A stretch of 64,000 nucleotides of DNA from Chlamydiales bacterium (GTDB lineage Bacteria > Chlamydiota > Chlamydiia > Chlamydiales > JAAKFR01), in NCBI GenBank assembly GCA_024233495.1, contig JACKPM010000002.1, positions 21,377-85,376 of the forward strand, read 5' to 3'. A program made the position numbers and the translations under genes. Of this stretch, positions 52,901 to 61,830 are shown in pieces (positions within the stretch are counted from its first letter, which is position 1; each line of letters begins with the position of its first letter). The notes under the pieces were generated by a model. That model searched no databases. It saw only the letters and a list, made by a program, of their open reading frames with translations, and was not told the origin of the DNA.

Positions 52901-53708
52901 CGAGGTCCACGATGCGTTTCAACATTGCAGTTGAAAGCTTCTCACCAGCCTTCCCATAAACAAGACCGCTCTCTTCATCTGCAACATCGACTGCAAGCAC
53001 TTTGCCCACAAGCTTTGCAAAGTCCTTCTCACCACCAATCTTTACCTTCTCAATCTTGAAGAACTCTTCTAGGATATCAGCATCAGAAGAATAGCCAAGA
53101 GCACGTATAAACGTGGTTGCCAAAATTTTGCGACGACGCTTCTTGCGGTCGATATAGACATAAATCAAATCGTGCATGTCTACAGCGGCTTCCAGCCAGC
53201 TACCGCGATAAGGAATAATACGGAAAGAACTTAGCATCATTCCTTTAGGATGACGCTCTTGCTCAAAATTGATTCCTGGTGATCTGTGAAGCTGGGAAAC
53301 CACAACACGCTCAGCACCATTTATAATAAAGGTTCCCTTTTCAGTCATAATGGGGATTGTGCCCATATAGACTTCTTCTTCCTTGATACCCGTCTCGTCT
53401 GTGAGACGGAAACGCACTTTTAGCGTCACATTGTAAGTGATGCCACGGCGGATACACTCCTCAGGGGCATACTTTGGTACACCAAGGCTGTATGAGAGGT
53501 ATTCGATACAGGTTTTTTCATCGTACGATTTGATCGGAAAGACTTCAGTAAAAACCTCCTGGAGGCCCATGTTGTCCCGCTCTTCGGGATATCTATCAGC
53601 TTGTAAAAATTGATTGTACGACTTAATTTGGATTTCGATCAGGTTAGGTAGGTCGATAATCTCTTGTTTCTTGATGAAACTTACCCGATCTGGTCGTCTT
53701 TTTAGCAT
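49944..53708 (-). CDS. rpoB: DNA-directed RNA polymerase subunit beta
   Basis: 1254 aa with the rif-region block [24 protein letters not shown] and full-length similarity. Confidence 0.98.
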   Translation of the reverse strand: MLKRRPDRVSFIKKQEIIDLPNLIEIQIKSYNQFLQADRYPEERDNMGLQEVFTEVFPIKSYDEKTCIEYLSYSLGVPKYAPEECIRRGITYNVTLKVRFRLTDETGIKEEEVYMGTIPIMTEKGTFIINGAERVVVSQLHRSPGINFEQERHPKGMMLSSFRIIPYRGSWLEAAVDMHDLIYVYIDRKKRRRKILATTFIRALGYSSDADILEEFFKIEKVKIGGEKDFAKLVGKVLAVDVADEESGLVYGKAGEKLSTAMLKRIVDLGIKELSIATDADENHPIIKMLAKDPTDSYEAALKDFYRKIRPGEPATLSNARSVIMRLFFDPKRYNLGRVGRYKLNRKLGFSIDDETLSTVTLRKEDIIGALKYLIALKMGEKGASIDDIDHLGNRRVRSVGELIQNQCRVGLARMEKIIRERMNLFDFSSDTLTPGKIISAKGLAGVLKDFFGRSQLSQFMDQTNPVAELTHKRRLSSLGPGGLNRERAGFEVRDVHASHYGRICPIETPEGPNIGLITSLSSFAKINEFGFIETPYRKVNNGIVTDEIEYMTADMEEDCVIAQASAPLDENNMFLEPICWARFEGEALEIETEKVTHMDVSPKQLVSIVTGLIPFLEHDDANRALMGSNMQRQAVPLLIPEAPLVGTGLEARAARDSGAVIIAEEDGVVDYVDGNKIVIASKKNLMEKRTYELKKFMRSNAGTSINQVPLVNVKDTVIAGDVIADGPATDKGEIALGKNVLVAFMPWFGYNYEDAIIISEKLIREDTYTSIYIEEFELTARDTKLGKEEITRDIPNVSEEALLNLGEDGIIRIGAEVKPGDILVGKITPKSETELAPEERLLRAIFGEKAADVKDASLTVPPGTEGVVMDVKVFSRRDRLSKTDDELVEEASHLKDLQKEYKLKQTRLKMEKHEKLGALLLNDKAAAPIIHRRTAEELVPKGALFTQELIEVLENEDPIDLIMEHNDNYDLLRTILRDSETQLQKLEQDYKMELEQLRKGDTDLDPGVIRQVKVYVASKRKLQVGDKMAGRHGNKGVVSKIVPEADMPYMPTGQTIEIILNPLGVPSRMNMGQVLETHLGFAAKKAGIYCKTPVFEGFPEERIWEMMREQNLPDDGKSWLYDGRTGERFDSRAVIGYIYMLKLSHLVADKIHARSIGPYSLVTQQPLGGKAQMGGQRFGEMEVWALEAYGAAHVLQEILTVKSDDVQGRTRIYESIVKGENLLKTGTPESFNVLIKEMQGLGLDVRPLVVEEE

Positions 53709-53731
53709 ATGCTAGCGCTCCTTGAAATGAC

Positions 53732-53819
53732 AAAAAGCCCCCGCGCCTAAAGGCGCGAAGGAATCTTCCTCACCCGAAAGTGAGGGTATACACTTAGGGA
53801 GGGCAATAACCCCCTCCCG
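53732..53819 (-). promoter_or_regulatory. rplL-rpoB intergenic stem-loops (attenuator-like)
   Basis: Three hairpins on the minus strand: GGGAGGGGG..CCCTCCC (53797-53819), CCCTCAC-tttcg-GGTGAGG (53769-53787), and CGCGCC-tttag-GCGCG followed by GGGGCTTTTT (53732-53758). Confidence 0.45.
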
Positions 53820-53825
53820 TCAAAA

Positions 53826-54221
53826 TTAAAGTCCCTTAAGTGTGACTTTTCCGCCTGCAGCTTCGACCTTTTTCTGGATCTCTTCTGCATCAGCCTTAGA
53901 CGTGCTGTCTTTCAACACTTTAGGCGGATTTTCTGCGATCTCTTTCGCCTCTTTTAGGCCAAGACCAGTCACTTCACGAACCACCTTAATGATGCCGATT
54001 TTCTTATCAGCAGGTGAATCTGTAAGTGAGACTTCGAATTCAGTTGACTCTGCTGCTGCTGGAGCTGCTTCGCCACCAGCTGCAGGAGCTACCATTGCGA
54101 CAGCAGGAGCTGCTGCCGTTACATCCCACTCTTCTTCAAGACGCTTCTTAAGCTCAGCAAGTTCTACGACTTTCAGATTGCTAAGCGTTTCTACGATTTT
54201 ATCCAATGTTTCTGTAGCCAC
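53826..54221 (-). CDS. rplL: 50S ribosomal protein L7/L12
   Basis: 131 aa with an Ala-rich hinge and the C-terminal block GLGLKEAKE... Confidence 0.95.
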   Translation of the reverse strand: MATETLDKIVETLSNLKVVELAELKKRLEEEWDVTAAAPAVAMVAPAAGGEAAPAAAESTEFEVSLTDSPADKKIGIIKVVREVTGLGLKEAKEIAENPPKVLKDSTSKADAEEIQKKVEAAGGKVTLKGL

Positions 54222-54244
54222 GTTTAAACCTCTCTTTGACTAGA

Positions 54245-54754
54245 TTATTTTTTACTCTTCTCTTCTAAGCAGTGGAGCACACTAGTGAGTACTGCATTCA
54301 TTGCACCAACAGTTTGGCTCAATGGTGCTTGGAGCAAGCCAACAATTTGAGCACGCAGCTCATTTAGGCTTGGTAGTTTCGCCACAGCAATAACTTCTTC
54401 AGCACTCATTAGCTGCCCATCCATATGTCCTGCTAAGACAGAGATAGCGTCAGCATTTTGTTCGCCGTACTTCACAGCCTTTTTGGCAAGACCACTAGCA
54501 TCCTCATGTGCAAAAAGAACACCAACGTGCCCCTCAAATGTTCCATCATCGAATTCGATTCCAAGAGCATTCGCTGCTTTAATGAAAACACGCTTCTTCA
54601 CCACTTCGAATTCACCGCCAATCTCAGCTATCGAATCACGAAATTCCCGAGATTTCCCAGCTCCAAAGCCCTGGTAGCGCGCGACGATGAAGCCATTTGA
54701 CTTCTCAATCTTTTCCTTGATTTCGTCTAGTAGAAATTGTTTTTCTGCTCGCAT
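54245..54754 (-). CDS. rplJ: 50S ribosomal protein L10
   Basis: The start is set at MRAEKQ, preceded by AGAGG 8 nt upstream. The longer ORF start at 54784 overlaps rplA. Confidence 0.9.
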   Translation of the reverse strand: MRAEKQFLLDEIKEKIEKSNGFIVARYQGFGAGKSREFRDSIAEIGGEFEVVKKRVFIKAANALGIEFDDGTFEGHVGVLFAHEDASGLAKKAVKYGEQNADAISVLAGHMDGQLMSAEEVIAVAKLPSLNELRAQIVGLLQAPLSQTVGAMNAVLTSVLHCLEEKSKK

Positions 54755-54764
54755 TGTTGGACCT

Positions 54765-55463
54765 CTATGTTGCCGGTATTTCATTTCGATCGATTTTAAG
54801 CCCTGGCCCCATTGTGGAGCTTAGAGCAAACGACTGGAAATACTGCCCTTTTGCGGCAGCAGGTTTTGCGCGTGCCATTGCGAGGAGAAGTGTGCGGATA
54901 TTCTCCACTAGAGCATCTGCTGCAAAAGAAAGCTTTCCAACTCTACAGTTGCAAACTCCTCTCTTGTCAAGCTTAAACTCAATCTTTCCTCCCATCATCT
55001 CCTTAACTGCAGTCGCTACATCAGTCGTAACGTTTCCAGCTTTTGGAGTTGGCATCAATCCACGAGGACCGAGCACTTTACCAAGTTTTCCTACCTCCCG
55101 CATCATGTCAGGAGTTGTCACCACCGCATCAAAGTCGGTCCATCCAGCTTGAACTTTTGTTAGAAGCTCATCACTTCCCGCGTAAGTAGCGCCTGCATCA
55201 AGCGCCTCTTGCACCTTGTCTCCTTTTGCGAAAACAAGAACGCGAAGTGATTGGCCTGTCCCGTTCGGTAAGGAGACAGTGCCACGGACTTGTTGATCAG
55301 ACTTTCTTGAGTCTACACCTAGTTTGATGGAGACCTCAACCGTCTGGTCAAATTTGACGGGTGGGCACTTCTTTAGAATAGCGACTGCGTCTTCAAGGGT
55401 GTACTTCTTTTCGGAATCCACCGTCTTCGCAATCTCCCGATATCTTTTACTTCTTCGTGCCAT
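54765..55463 (-). CDS. rplA: 50S ribosomal protein L1
   Basis: 232 aa with typical L1 blocks (KRYREI.., GPRGLMP). Confidence 0.95.
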   Translation of the reverse strand: MARRSKRYREIAKTVDSEKKYTLEDAVAILKKCPPVKFDQTVEVSIKLGVDSRKSDQQVRGTVSLPNGTGQSLRVLVFAKGDKVQEALDAGATYAGSDELLTKVQAGWTDFDAVVTTPDMMREVGKLGKVLGPRGLMPTPKAGNVTTDVATAVKEMMGGKIEFKLDKRGVCNCRVGKLSFAADALVENIRTLLLAMARAKPAAAKGQYFQSFALSSTMGPGLKIDRNEIPAT

Positions 55464-55465
55464 GA

Positions 55466-55909
55466 TTAATCTTCTTCGTCATAGTTTGGTTCTACATCGA
55501 TTCCCATACTCTTTGCTGTGCCCGCTACAAGCCTCTTTGCAGAGCGCTTACAACGCACACCTAGATCTGGGTACTTCTTTTCGGCAACAGCAGCGACTTG
55601 CGCTTTTGTCATTTTGCCAACCTTATCTCTGTTTGGAACAGAAGAGCCTTTTGCAAGCCCCATCTCCTTTAAAATGAGACGAGACATGGGAGGCTGCTTT
55701 GTGATAAAGGAAAAACTTTTATCTTGATAGACAGTAATAACAACGGGGAGAATGTCTCCGCCCATGTCTTTTGTCTTTGCATTAAACTCTTGACAGAAGC
55801 CCATAATGTTAACGCCTGCAGCACCAAGTGCAGGACCAATAGGAGGGGCAGGATTTGCCTTCCCAGCTGGGATCTGGAGCTTAATTACTTTTACTACTTT
55901 TTTTGCCAT
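55466..55909 (-). CDS. rplK: 50S ribosomal protein L11
   Basis: [21 protein letters not shown]-terminal signature. Confidence 0.95.
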   Translation of the reverse strand: MAKKVVKVIKLQIPAGKANPAPPIGPALGAAGVNIMGFCQEFNAKTKDMGGDILPVVITVYQDKSFSFITKQPPMSRLILKEMGLAKGSSVPNRDKVGKMTKAQVAAVAEKKYPDLGVRCKRSAKRLVAGTAKSMGIDVEPNYDEED

Positions 55910-55961
55910 TGTAAATTCCTTCCTAAAGGGCGATCATTATAGAGGCCTTTCACTTTAGACT

Positions 55962-56504
55962 TCAAGAGTTTTCAGGTCCTACCTCTTCAACTTGCCAAAA
56001 TTCTAGATCATCGACGCGTGTATCCCGCCCAAAGATCGAAACCATTACAGAGAGACGGCCCTTGTCGTGGAACACTTCTGAAACTGTTCCCATAAAGTTG
56101 ACAAAGACACCCTCATTAATTTTAACGCGATCACCCACATTAAATTTATGTTTTTGGGTAATTTCTCCCTCTTTTGAAGCTAGGTCGCTCAAGATTTGAT
56201 TCACTTCGGCATCAGAAAGAGCTGTCGGCTTTTCACCACCAAGAAAATCTATCACGCCGTTTGTTGCTTTTACGTACTGCCAGGAGTCATCAGAAAGGGT
56301 CATGCGGATTAGCACATAGCCAGGCCAAATACGCTTTTCGGAGACTTTTTGCTCCCCGCCCTTAACTTCCATCACATTTTCGGTAGGAATTAGCACTTCC
56401 TCGATCAAATCGAGAACGCCAGAAGCCTCCCTGAAATCCTCAAGCGTCTTCTTAACCTTACGCTCTTGGGCCGTAAAAACTTGAACTACATACCATTTGG
56501 ACAT
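55962..56504 (-). CDS. nusG: transcription termination/antitermination factor NusG
   Basis: NGN start KWYVVQV, a C-terminal KOW domain (GDRVKINEGVF..G.V), 180 aa. Confidence 0.95.
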   Translation of the reverse strand: MSKWYVVQVFTAQERKVKKTLEDFREASGVLDLIEEVLIPTENVMEVKGGEQKVSEKRIWPGYVLIRMTLSDDSWQYVKATNGVIDFLGGEKPTALSDAEVNQILSDLASKEGEITQKHKFNVGDRVKINEGVFVNFMGTVSEVFHDKGRLSVMVSIFGRDTRVDDLEFWQVEEVGPENS

Positions 56505-56508
56505 AAAA

Positions 56509-56784
56509 TTATCCTACCATCCACTTAACTAGAAAATTAATGATTCCTAACCCACCTCGAAGCATAATATCGATAAGGTAGATAGAGAATCCGAAGAGGA
56601 AGATGCATGACACTACAATCTTCGTATAGGACTTCAACTCATCCTTTGTGGTCCATTCTACTCTTTTCAACTCTTGCTTTACCTCTGCGGCAAAAGTGAC
56701 GAGCTCTCTTCCCTTGGCTGCTTTCGCAGCTCCCCCCTTCTTTACGTCCATTTTTCCGATAGCCTTAGTTGTTCGCTGTACCAC
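56509..56784 (-). CDS. secE: preprotein translocase subunit SecE
   Basis: A single C-terminal TM after E..KV.W block (ELKRVEWTTKDEL). Lies between tRNA-Trp and nusG. An alternative start at 56751 (MDVKKG) is possible. Confidence 0.85.
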   Translation of the reverse strand: MVQRTTKAIGKMDVKKGGAAKAAKGRELVTFAAEVKQELKRVEWTTKDELKSYTKIVVSCIFLFGFSIYLIDIMLRGGLGIINFLVKWMVG

Positions 56785-56806
56785 TTATTCCTCATTAACT
56801 TCTAAC

Positions 56807-56879
56807 CGAGTGCGGAGGGATTCGAACCCCCGACCGGCGACTTTGGAGATCGCTGCTCTACCAGCTGAGCTACACACCC
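56807..56879 (-). tRNA. tRNA-Trp (anticodon CCA)
   Basis: Manual fold: acceptor GGGTGTG/CGCACTC (two G-U pairs), D arm GCTC-AGCTGGTA-GAGC, anticodon arm GCGAT-CTCCAAA-GTCGC, T arm GGGGG-TTCGAAT-CCCTC, discriminator G. CCA is not encoded. Confidence 0.9.
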
Positions 56880-56887
56880 AAAAGCAT

Positions 56888-56910
56888 CTGAGCCCCACTT
56901 AGGGGCTCAG
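56888..56910 (-). terminator. stem-loop after tuf
   Basis: On the minus strand: CTGAGCCCC-taagt-GGGGCTCAG, followed by ATGCTTTT, 12 nt after the tuf stop. Confidence 0.5.
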
Positions 56911-56922
56911 ACTGCCGATCGA

Positions 56923-58107
56923 TTACTCGATGATCTTAGAGATGGTTCCCGCACCGATTGTACGTCCACCTTCACGGATCGCAAAACGCATACCCTCTTC
57001 CATCGCAACTGGAGCAATGAGTTCAGCTGTTAGCTCAACGTTATCTCCAGGCATGACCATTTCTGTTCCTTCTGGAAGCGTTACAGTTCCTGTTACGTCC
57101 GTAGTACGGAAGTAGAACTGAGGACGGTATCCAGTAAAGAAGGGCTTGTGACGGCCACCCTCATCTTTTGTCAAGATGTAGACAGTTCCTTTGAACTTCT
57201 TGTGTGGGGTTACGCTACCAGGAGCACAAAGCACTTGACCACGCTCAATTCCCTTCTTGTCAATACCACGGAGGAGGATACCAACGTTCTCACCTGCACG
57301 CGCTTCATCAAGAATCTTGTTGAACATTTCTAGACCAGTAGCCACTGTCTCTCTTGTGTCTTTCAAGCCAACCATTTGAAGCTTGTCGTTTAACTTCACA
57401 ACACCACGCTCAACACGTCCTGTTGCAACAGTTCCACGTCCTTCAATTGAGAAGACGTCCTCAATCGGCATCAAGAATGGCTTGTCAACATCACGCTGAG
57501 GAGTTGGGATGTGTTTATCAACAGCAGCCATTAGCTCTTTAATAGACTCAACGTACTTCGCATCACCTTCTAGAGCTTTAAGAGCTGACCCTTTAACAAT
57601 AGGAGTATCTTTGTAGCCTTTCTCCTCGAGAAGCTCTGTCAATTCCATCTCTACAAGCTCGATCAACTCTTGATCGCTCTCGCCGATCATATCGACTTTG
57701 TTGAGAAATACAACGATTGAAGGAACGCCCACTTGGTGAGCCAAAAGGATGTGCTCTTTTGTTTGAGGCATCGCACCATCTGTAGCCGCAACCACGAGGA
57801 TCGCGCCGTCCATTTGCGCAGCACCCGTGATCATGTTCTTCACGTAGTCGGCGTGTCCTGGGCAGTCAACGTGTGCGTAGTGACGGTCTGCAGTTTCGTA
57901 CTCAACATGGCTAGAGTTAATGGTAATCCCGCGTGCTTTCTCTTCAGGAGTGTTGTCGATTGAGTTGTAGTCGCGAAACTTACTTCCACCAGCTTCGGCA
58001 AGCACTTTCGTAATCGCAGCGGTCAGCGTCGTCTTACCATGGTCAACGTGACCAATGGTTCCGATATTCACGTGTGGCTTGTTTCTTTGAAATGTATCTT
58101 TAGCCAT
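56923..58107 (-). CDS. tuf: elongation factor Tu
   Basis: [14 protein letters not shown] and NKVD GTPase motifs. 394 aa. Confidence 0.98.
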   Translation of the reverse strand: MAKDTFQRNKPHVNIGTIGHVDHGKTTLTAAITKVLAEAGGSKFRDYNSIDNTPEEKARGITINSSHVEYETADRHYAHVDCPGHADYVKNMITGAAQMDGAILVVAATDGAMPQTKEHILLAHQVGVPSIVVFLNKVDMIGESDQELIELVEMELTELLEEKGYKDTPIVKGSALKALEGDAKYVESIKELMAAVDKHIPTPQRDVDKPFLMPIEDVFSIEGRGTVATGRVERGVVKLNDKLQMVGLKDTRETVATGLEMFNKILDEARAGENVGILLRGIDKKGIERGQVLCAPGSVTPHKKFKGTVYILTKDEGGRHKPFFTGYRPQFYFRTTDVTGTVTLPEGTEMVMPGDNVELTAELIAPVAMEEGMRFAIREGGRTIGAGTISKIIE

Positions 58108-58156
58108 TTCCTTAATTCCTCTTTTGTTATCTAAGTTCTTTTAAATTCTCTCTTTC

Positions 58157-58228
58157 TGCCCAGAATAGGAATTGAACCTACGACCGCTTGCTTACCATGC
58201 AAGTGCTCTACCCCTGAGCTATCTGGGC
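58157..58228 (-). tRNA. tRNA-Thr (anticodon GGT)
   Basis: Manual fold: acceptor GCCCAGA/TCTGGGC, D arm GCTC..GAGC, anticodon arm CTTGC-ATGGTAA-GCAAG, T arm GTAGG-TTCAATT-CCTAT, discriminator A. Confidence 0.9.
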
Positions 58229-58275
58229 TCAGATGACAGCAAAGCTTAAATGAGATTTCCAAAAAAAATCAACCC

Positions 58276-58497
58276 CTATCTGTTCCGACGGTATACAATG
58301 CGCGCTTTGGAGAGATCGTAGGGAGACATCTCAACGGTGACTTTGTCTCCTTTCAATACTCGAATATTGCGCATTCTCATCTTCCCACATAGGTGGGCAA
58401 TCACTTCTCGCCCATTCTCCAGAATCACTCTGAAGTGCATATTGGGCAGGAGCTCTTCCACCTCCCCCTCGATTTTGATGGAATCTTCCTTAGGCAT
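58276..58497 (-). CDS. infA: translation initiation factor IF-1
   Basis: 73 aa: [24 protein letters not shown]....AH..GKMR...IR.L.GD.V.VE.SPYDL..ARI.YR. The start is trimmed from 58560. Confidence 0.95.
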   Translation of the reverse strand: MPKEDSIKIEGEVEELLPNMHFRVILENGREVIAHLCGKMRMRNIRVLKGDKVTVEMSPYDLSKARIVYRRNR

Positions 58498-58595
58498 TAT
58501 TCCTCTAAAAAACTTTTTTACGAATGAGGAATTAAACACCACACCCCCTTTTGAGGTCAACAGAAATATGGCAAATAGTGTATAATGCTTCTAAT

Positions 58596-59507
58596 ATGGG
58601 TAGAGTTTTAGGCTGCATTCACTATTCCGACCGCCCCCCTTACCACAACGTTGATGAGAGAGGGAGGATATTTAGATTCTGTGTTGAAAATGCACCATTC
58701 GAGTACGTTCATGAGTCAAGAAATAAAAAATTTCATTACTATGAAGAATCCCGCCTGCCCCCTCCCAACAGTCACATCGAAGGACGCCCTCCAAGGTGGG
58801 CTAAGGTGATCGAATTCGGCACTCTCGCAACCAAGCACTACGCGAAGACGTGTTGGAAAAAGGTTGTGATCCTTGCTGGCTACATCGCAGACTTTATCAA
58901 GGCCAACTGGACGACCCTGCTCACGTACGCCTTTGCTTGGGGCGTGATCTTAGGCTGTATTGGCTTGATGCATGGATTCCGCTCTACCTCAGCTCCTTTT
59001 TCAGTTGGAATGGGAGCCGGCGTTGGCCTAGGTGCCCTTATCGCCCTCATTTGCGTGAAAATTTTTAAATCAAGCAACTCTATGGGTGGGCGCCTCAATG
59101 GACGGATCAGCACTCACTTAGACTTCACAACAAAACAAATCTTCCTTACAGTCTTTGTAGCTGTCTACCTTGTAGCAGCATCGCGTTTCCCTCATGGCGT
59201 AGGAGCACTGACAGGCATAATTGTGGGCGACCACATTATGACCACATTCCTCCATGGGGGGAAGTTGATTAAAGCTGTAAGAGGTTGGGAAGAGAGAATT
59301 CAAGGAGCAGAAGATGTTGGAAATGAGACTCAGCGACAAATTACAGAGCTCCAAAAAGAGCGACAAGAAGAAATTGCACTGCTGCGAAGAGAGCATGCAG
59401 CGCGACTTGCCCATTTGGAAACAGCTATCAGGCGGCTCGAAAGAGGACATGTACCAGAAAATCATCTGCCTAGGTCGCACTCTACTTCCGATCTCCTCTC
59501 AAGCTAA
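58596..59507 (+). CDS. membrane protein with paired hydrophobic segments and a C-terminal coiled coil
   Basis: The hydrophobic segments fall in two pairs: LLTYAFAWGVILGCIGLM / VGMGAGVGLGALIALICV and IFLTVFVAVYLVAA / ALTGIIVG. A charged heptad-like tail follows. The start is uncertain (58551 or 58596). Confidence 0.5.
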   Translation: MGRVLGCIHYSDRPPYHNVDERGRIFRFCVENAPFEYVHESRNKKFHYYEESRLPPPNSHIEGRPPRWAKVIEFGTLATKHYAKTCWKKVVILAGYIADFIKANWTTLLTYAFAWGVILGCIGLMHGFRSTSAPFSVGMGAGVGLGALIALICVKIFKSSNSMGGRLNGRISTHLDFTTKQIFLTVFVAVYLVAASRFPHGVGALTGIIVGDHIMTTFLHGGKLIKAVRGWEERIQGAEDVGNETQRQITELQKERQEEIALLRREHAARLAHLETAIRRLERGHVPENHLPRSHSTSDLLSS

Positions 59508-59808
59508 AACAGAAGAAAATCGGGTGACCGGCTGTCAAAGCCTTCTCTATCTTCACAGCGAACTCAAAGATGGTAAGATATTTTTTTATGCTGACAGCGA
59601 CGCCCTCATTTCAAAAGGACTCGCAGCGTTGCTCATCGACTTCTACAATGGCAGCACCCCAGAAGAGGTTCTCAAAGTACCACCAGACTTCATCGAAGAG
59701 CTTGATCTCCCCTCAGCGCTCTCACCAAGCCGCGTCAACGGATTAGCAAGCCTCTATCTTAAGATGAAGCAGCAAGCGCTGGCGCATCTTGTCGCCCATT
59801 CAACTTAA
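59395..59808 (+). CDS. sufE: SufE-like cysteine desulfuration protein
   Basis: NRVTGCQSLLYL active-site Cys block. The upstream (M)YQKIICLGRTLLP matches the SufE W..RY..LI.LG..LP region. 137 aa from the ATG at 59395. It overlaps the upstream ORF by 113 nt. Confidence 0.75.
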   Translation: MQRDLPIWKQLSGGSKEDMYQKIICLGRTLLPISSQAKTEENRVTGCQSLLYLHSELKDGKIFFYADSDALISKGLAALLIDFYNGSTPEEVLKVPPDFIEELDLPSALSPSRVNGLASLYLKMKQQALAHLVAHST

Positions 59809-59824
59809 AACCTGAGTTTTGGGT

Positions 59825-61429
59825 TTAAAAAGCAGCAGAAGCTACTATTGCTTCTGGTCGCGCATTAAACTCGAGATTCCAGTGTCGCCCATCGTCAGCT
59901 TCACACCACAGCTCCAACATGCCCAGCTCAGTCAGCTTCGCCTTCAGCTTCACAATAGCCAGCCCCTCGCCGGCCATCTCAGCTTCAATCGGCGGCAACT
60001 CTTGCGCCTCTTCTTCTCCCGCAAAAAAGCGGAAAAGCGCAGGCTCACCCAAAACGAGCGAAAACTCCTCATCTAGCGTCGTTTCACTTCCCTCTTCGAG
60101 CCCTTTTGGCGCGATGCAGTGCATCTGAAGGGGTGGTTTCACTCCTGGAATCGCGGGCATCGCACCCTCCACACCAATCCAAAATGAGCGGCATGATGGC
60201 GCCTTTACACGAATCCCCTCACCAGCTCCATAGTAGGTTGCACCCAAACTCACCGCAAAATCAAAGTCGGGATCAGGCAAGAGTCGCACCTCCTCCCCTT
60301 TCCAATCAGAGAGAACTTGATGCAACCGCTCTTGAAAAGGACGCGCCTTCAACGTGCCGCCATTGAACAGCACGGCAGAGGGCAGTGTATGTTTTTGCAA
60401 AAAGCTCGCTAGCTGCGCGGTGATGCGCGGATCGCGCACAAAGGGCAAACCGAGCGCACTCAATGCCGCCTTCCGCTCACTTTGCACAGCTGTTTCAAGA
60501 GGAACATGGGGGAAAAATCCATCTACCAACAACTTTTGCACCTCTTCTTGCGTCAAGGGCGTCTTTGTCGTGTTGCCAATGAGTGCACTCCCCTGCCCCA
60601 AAACTGTGACAGAAGTCTCTTTCATGCCGCTAAGGAGCTCCTCTTTCGCTGTGCGGCAGCTGTGCACAAGCGCATTCATCGGCAGCTCCTTGCCCGCCTT
60701 TTGCTGCACAAAGTAGGCAAGCGCGAGATCGAGGTTGTCTCCGCCGAGCAATAAATGCTCTCCTACTGCTTCTCTCCGCAAAATGAGATTCCCTTCCTCT
60801 TCTTCCACCTTGATCAAGGTGAAGTCAGTAGTGCCCCCTCCAATGTCGACTACAAGAACTGTCTCACCCACATGAATCAAGTTACGCCAATTCTCTCTTT
60901 GCTTCCATAGCCATGCATAAAAAGCTGCAAGCGGCTCCTCGAGCAAAATAATCGAAGGATAGCCTGCCATTTTCGCCGCCTCTTGCACAAAAGCGCGCGC
61001 ATCAGGATCAAACGAAGCAGGAACTGTGATCAATACTGTCTGCTCTTTAAGGGGGGGCATCTGCCGCTCCCACTCACTCTTCAAATGACTTAGAAATAGA
61101 GAGATTGCCTCTACAGGACTCACCTTTTCATCGTGCTCAAGGGGTAAAAAAGCACTGCGTCTATCGACGCCACTATGACTCAGCCATGACTTTGCACTTG
61201 AGACAACGCGGTCAGGCAACTCTTCGCCCCGCACCTTTGCAAACTGCCCAACGCACAGCTCTTCACCAGGAGGAAATAAGACGAAAGAGGGAAGGTTGAA
61301 CTGCTCTCCCTCCATGCCTTGATCGACGCGCTGCTTGATCGAGAGTTGGCGCAACACCTCCTCCCCTACTTTTTGATATGCCAAGGTTGAATTTGTGGTT
61401 CCAAGGTCAATGCCAACGCAGTAGGTCAT
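59825..61429 (-). CDS. short Hsp70-family ATPase (non-DnaK paralog, 534 aa)
   Basis: Actin-fold motifs VGIDLGTTNS and VVDIGGGTTDFT. No long C-terminal lid. ATGA overlap with the upstream DUF2760-like gene. Confidence 0.8.
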   Translation of the reverse strand: MTYCVGIDLGTTNSTLAYQKVGEEVLRQLSIKQRVDQGMEGEQFNLPSFVLFPPGEELCVGQFAKVRGEELPDRVVSSAKSWLSHSGVDRRSAFLPLEHDEKVSPVEAISLFLSHLKSEWERQMPPLKEQTVLITVPASFDPDARAFVQEAAKMAGYPSIILLEEPLAAFYAWLWKQRENWRNLIHVGETVLVVDIGGGTTDFTLIKVEEEEGNLILRREAVGEHLLLGGDNLDLALAYFVQQKAGKELPMNALVHSCRTAKEELLSGMKETSVTVLGQGSALIGNTTKTPLTQEEVQKLLVDGFFPHVPLETAVQSERKAALSALGLPFVRDPRITAQLASFLQKHTLPSAVLFNGGTLKARPFQERLHQVLSDWKGEEVRLLPDPDFDFAVSLGATYYGAGEGIRVKAPSCRSFWIGVEGAMPAIPGVKPPLQMHCIAPKGLEEGSETTLDEEFSLVLGEPALFRFFAGEEEAQELPPIEAEMAGEGLAIVKLKAKLTELGMLELWCEADDGRHWNLEFNARPEAIVASAAF

Positions 61430-61830
61430 TGGATCTCCACCTCAGCAGGACACACAACAGAGTCTCCACATTCCAAATCCAAACGCTCAGCTTTCCACCC
61501 TTTGTGGCGCAAAACACCCGTATAGGGAGGCTTCCCTTTCACCTTTCCCACAACTTTTACATGCCCTGCATCATAGCCGTCAGGAACCGTCACCTGCGCT
61601 CCCTCCTCTTCGGGAAAAAGAGGGCGCAAACGCACACACTCTTCTAAACTTTTGCGCGTCTCTTCATGAATTTTGCGCACAGCAGCGCCCACCTCGGCGT
61701 CTGAAAACGCAGAAATATCTTGCTTCAAAAAATCGACAAGGCGTCCCTGCTTTTGCAGCAAATAGAGCAAACGCAAGTGAGAACGATCCTCTCTTTTTTT
61801 CTTCCCAAAAAGACGGCTGAAAAAGCCCAT
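61426..61830 (-). CDS. DUF2760-like protein
   Basis: 134 aa from MGFFSRLFGKKK. The pattern LL.LLQ..GRL.DFL..DI..(F/Y)(S/T)D..(V/I)GAAVR.IH and a C-terminal GKPP(Y/F).G.L.H.GW fit my recollection of DUF2760, which usually sits beside Hsp70 paralogs. Confidence 0.6.
   Translation of the reverse strand: MGFFSRLFGKKKREDRSHLRLLYLLQKQGRLVDFLKQDISAFSDAEVGAAVRKIHEETRKSLEECVRLRPLFPEEEGAQVTVPDGYDAGHVKVVGKVKGKPPYTGVLRHKGWKAERLDLECGDSVVCPAEVEIQ

Noticed and set aside
45782-53708. Numerous 60-160-aa ORFs on the + strand within rpoC and rpoB (for example 46040-46531, 46700-47185, 51721-52209)
   Set aside because: They are antisense to very highly conserved full-length genes and are a typical shadow-ORF artefact. 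The same reasoning applies to antisense ORFs inside the giant gene, the V-ATPase genes, valS and tuf.
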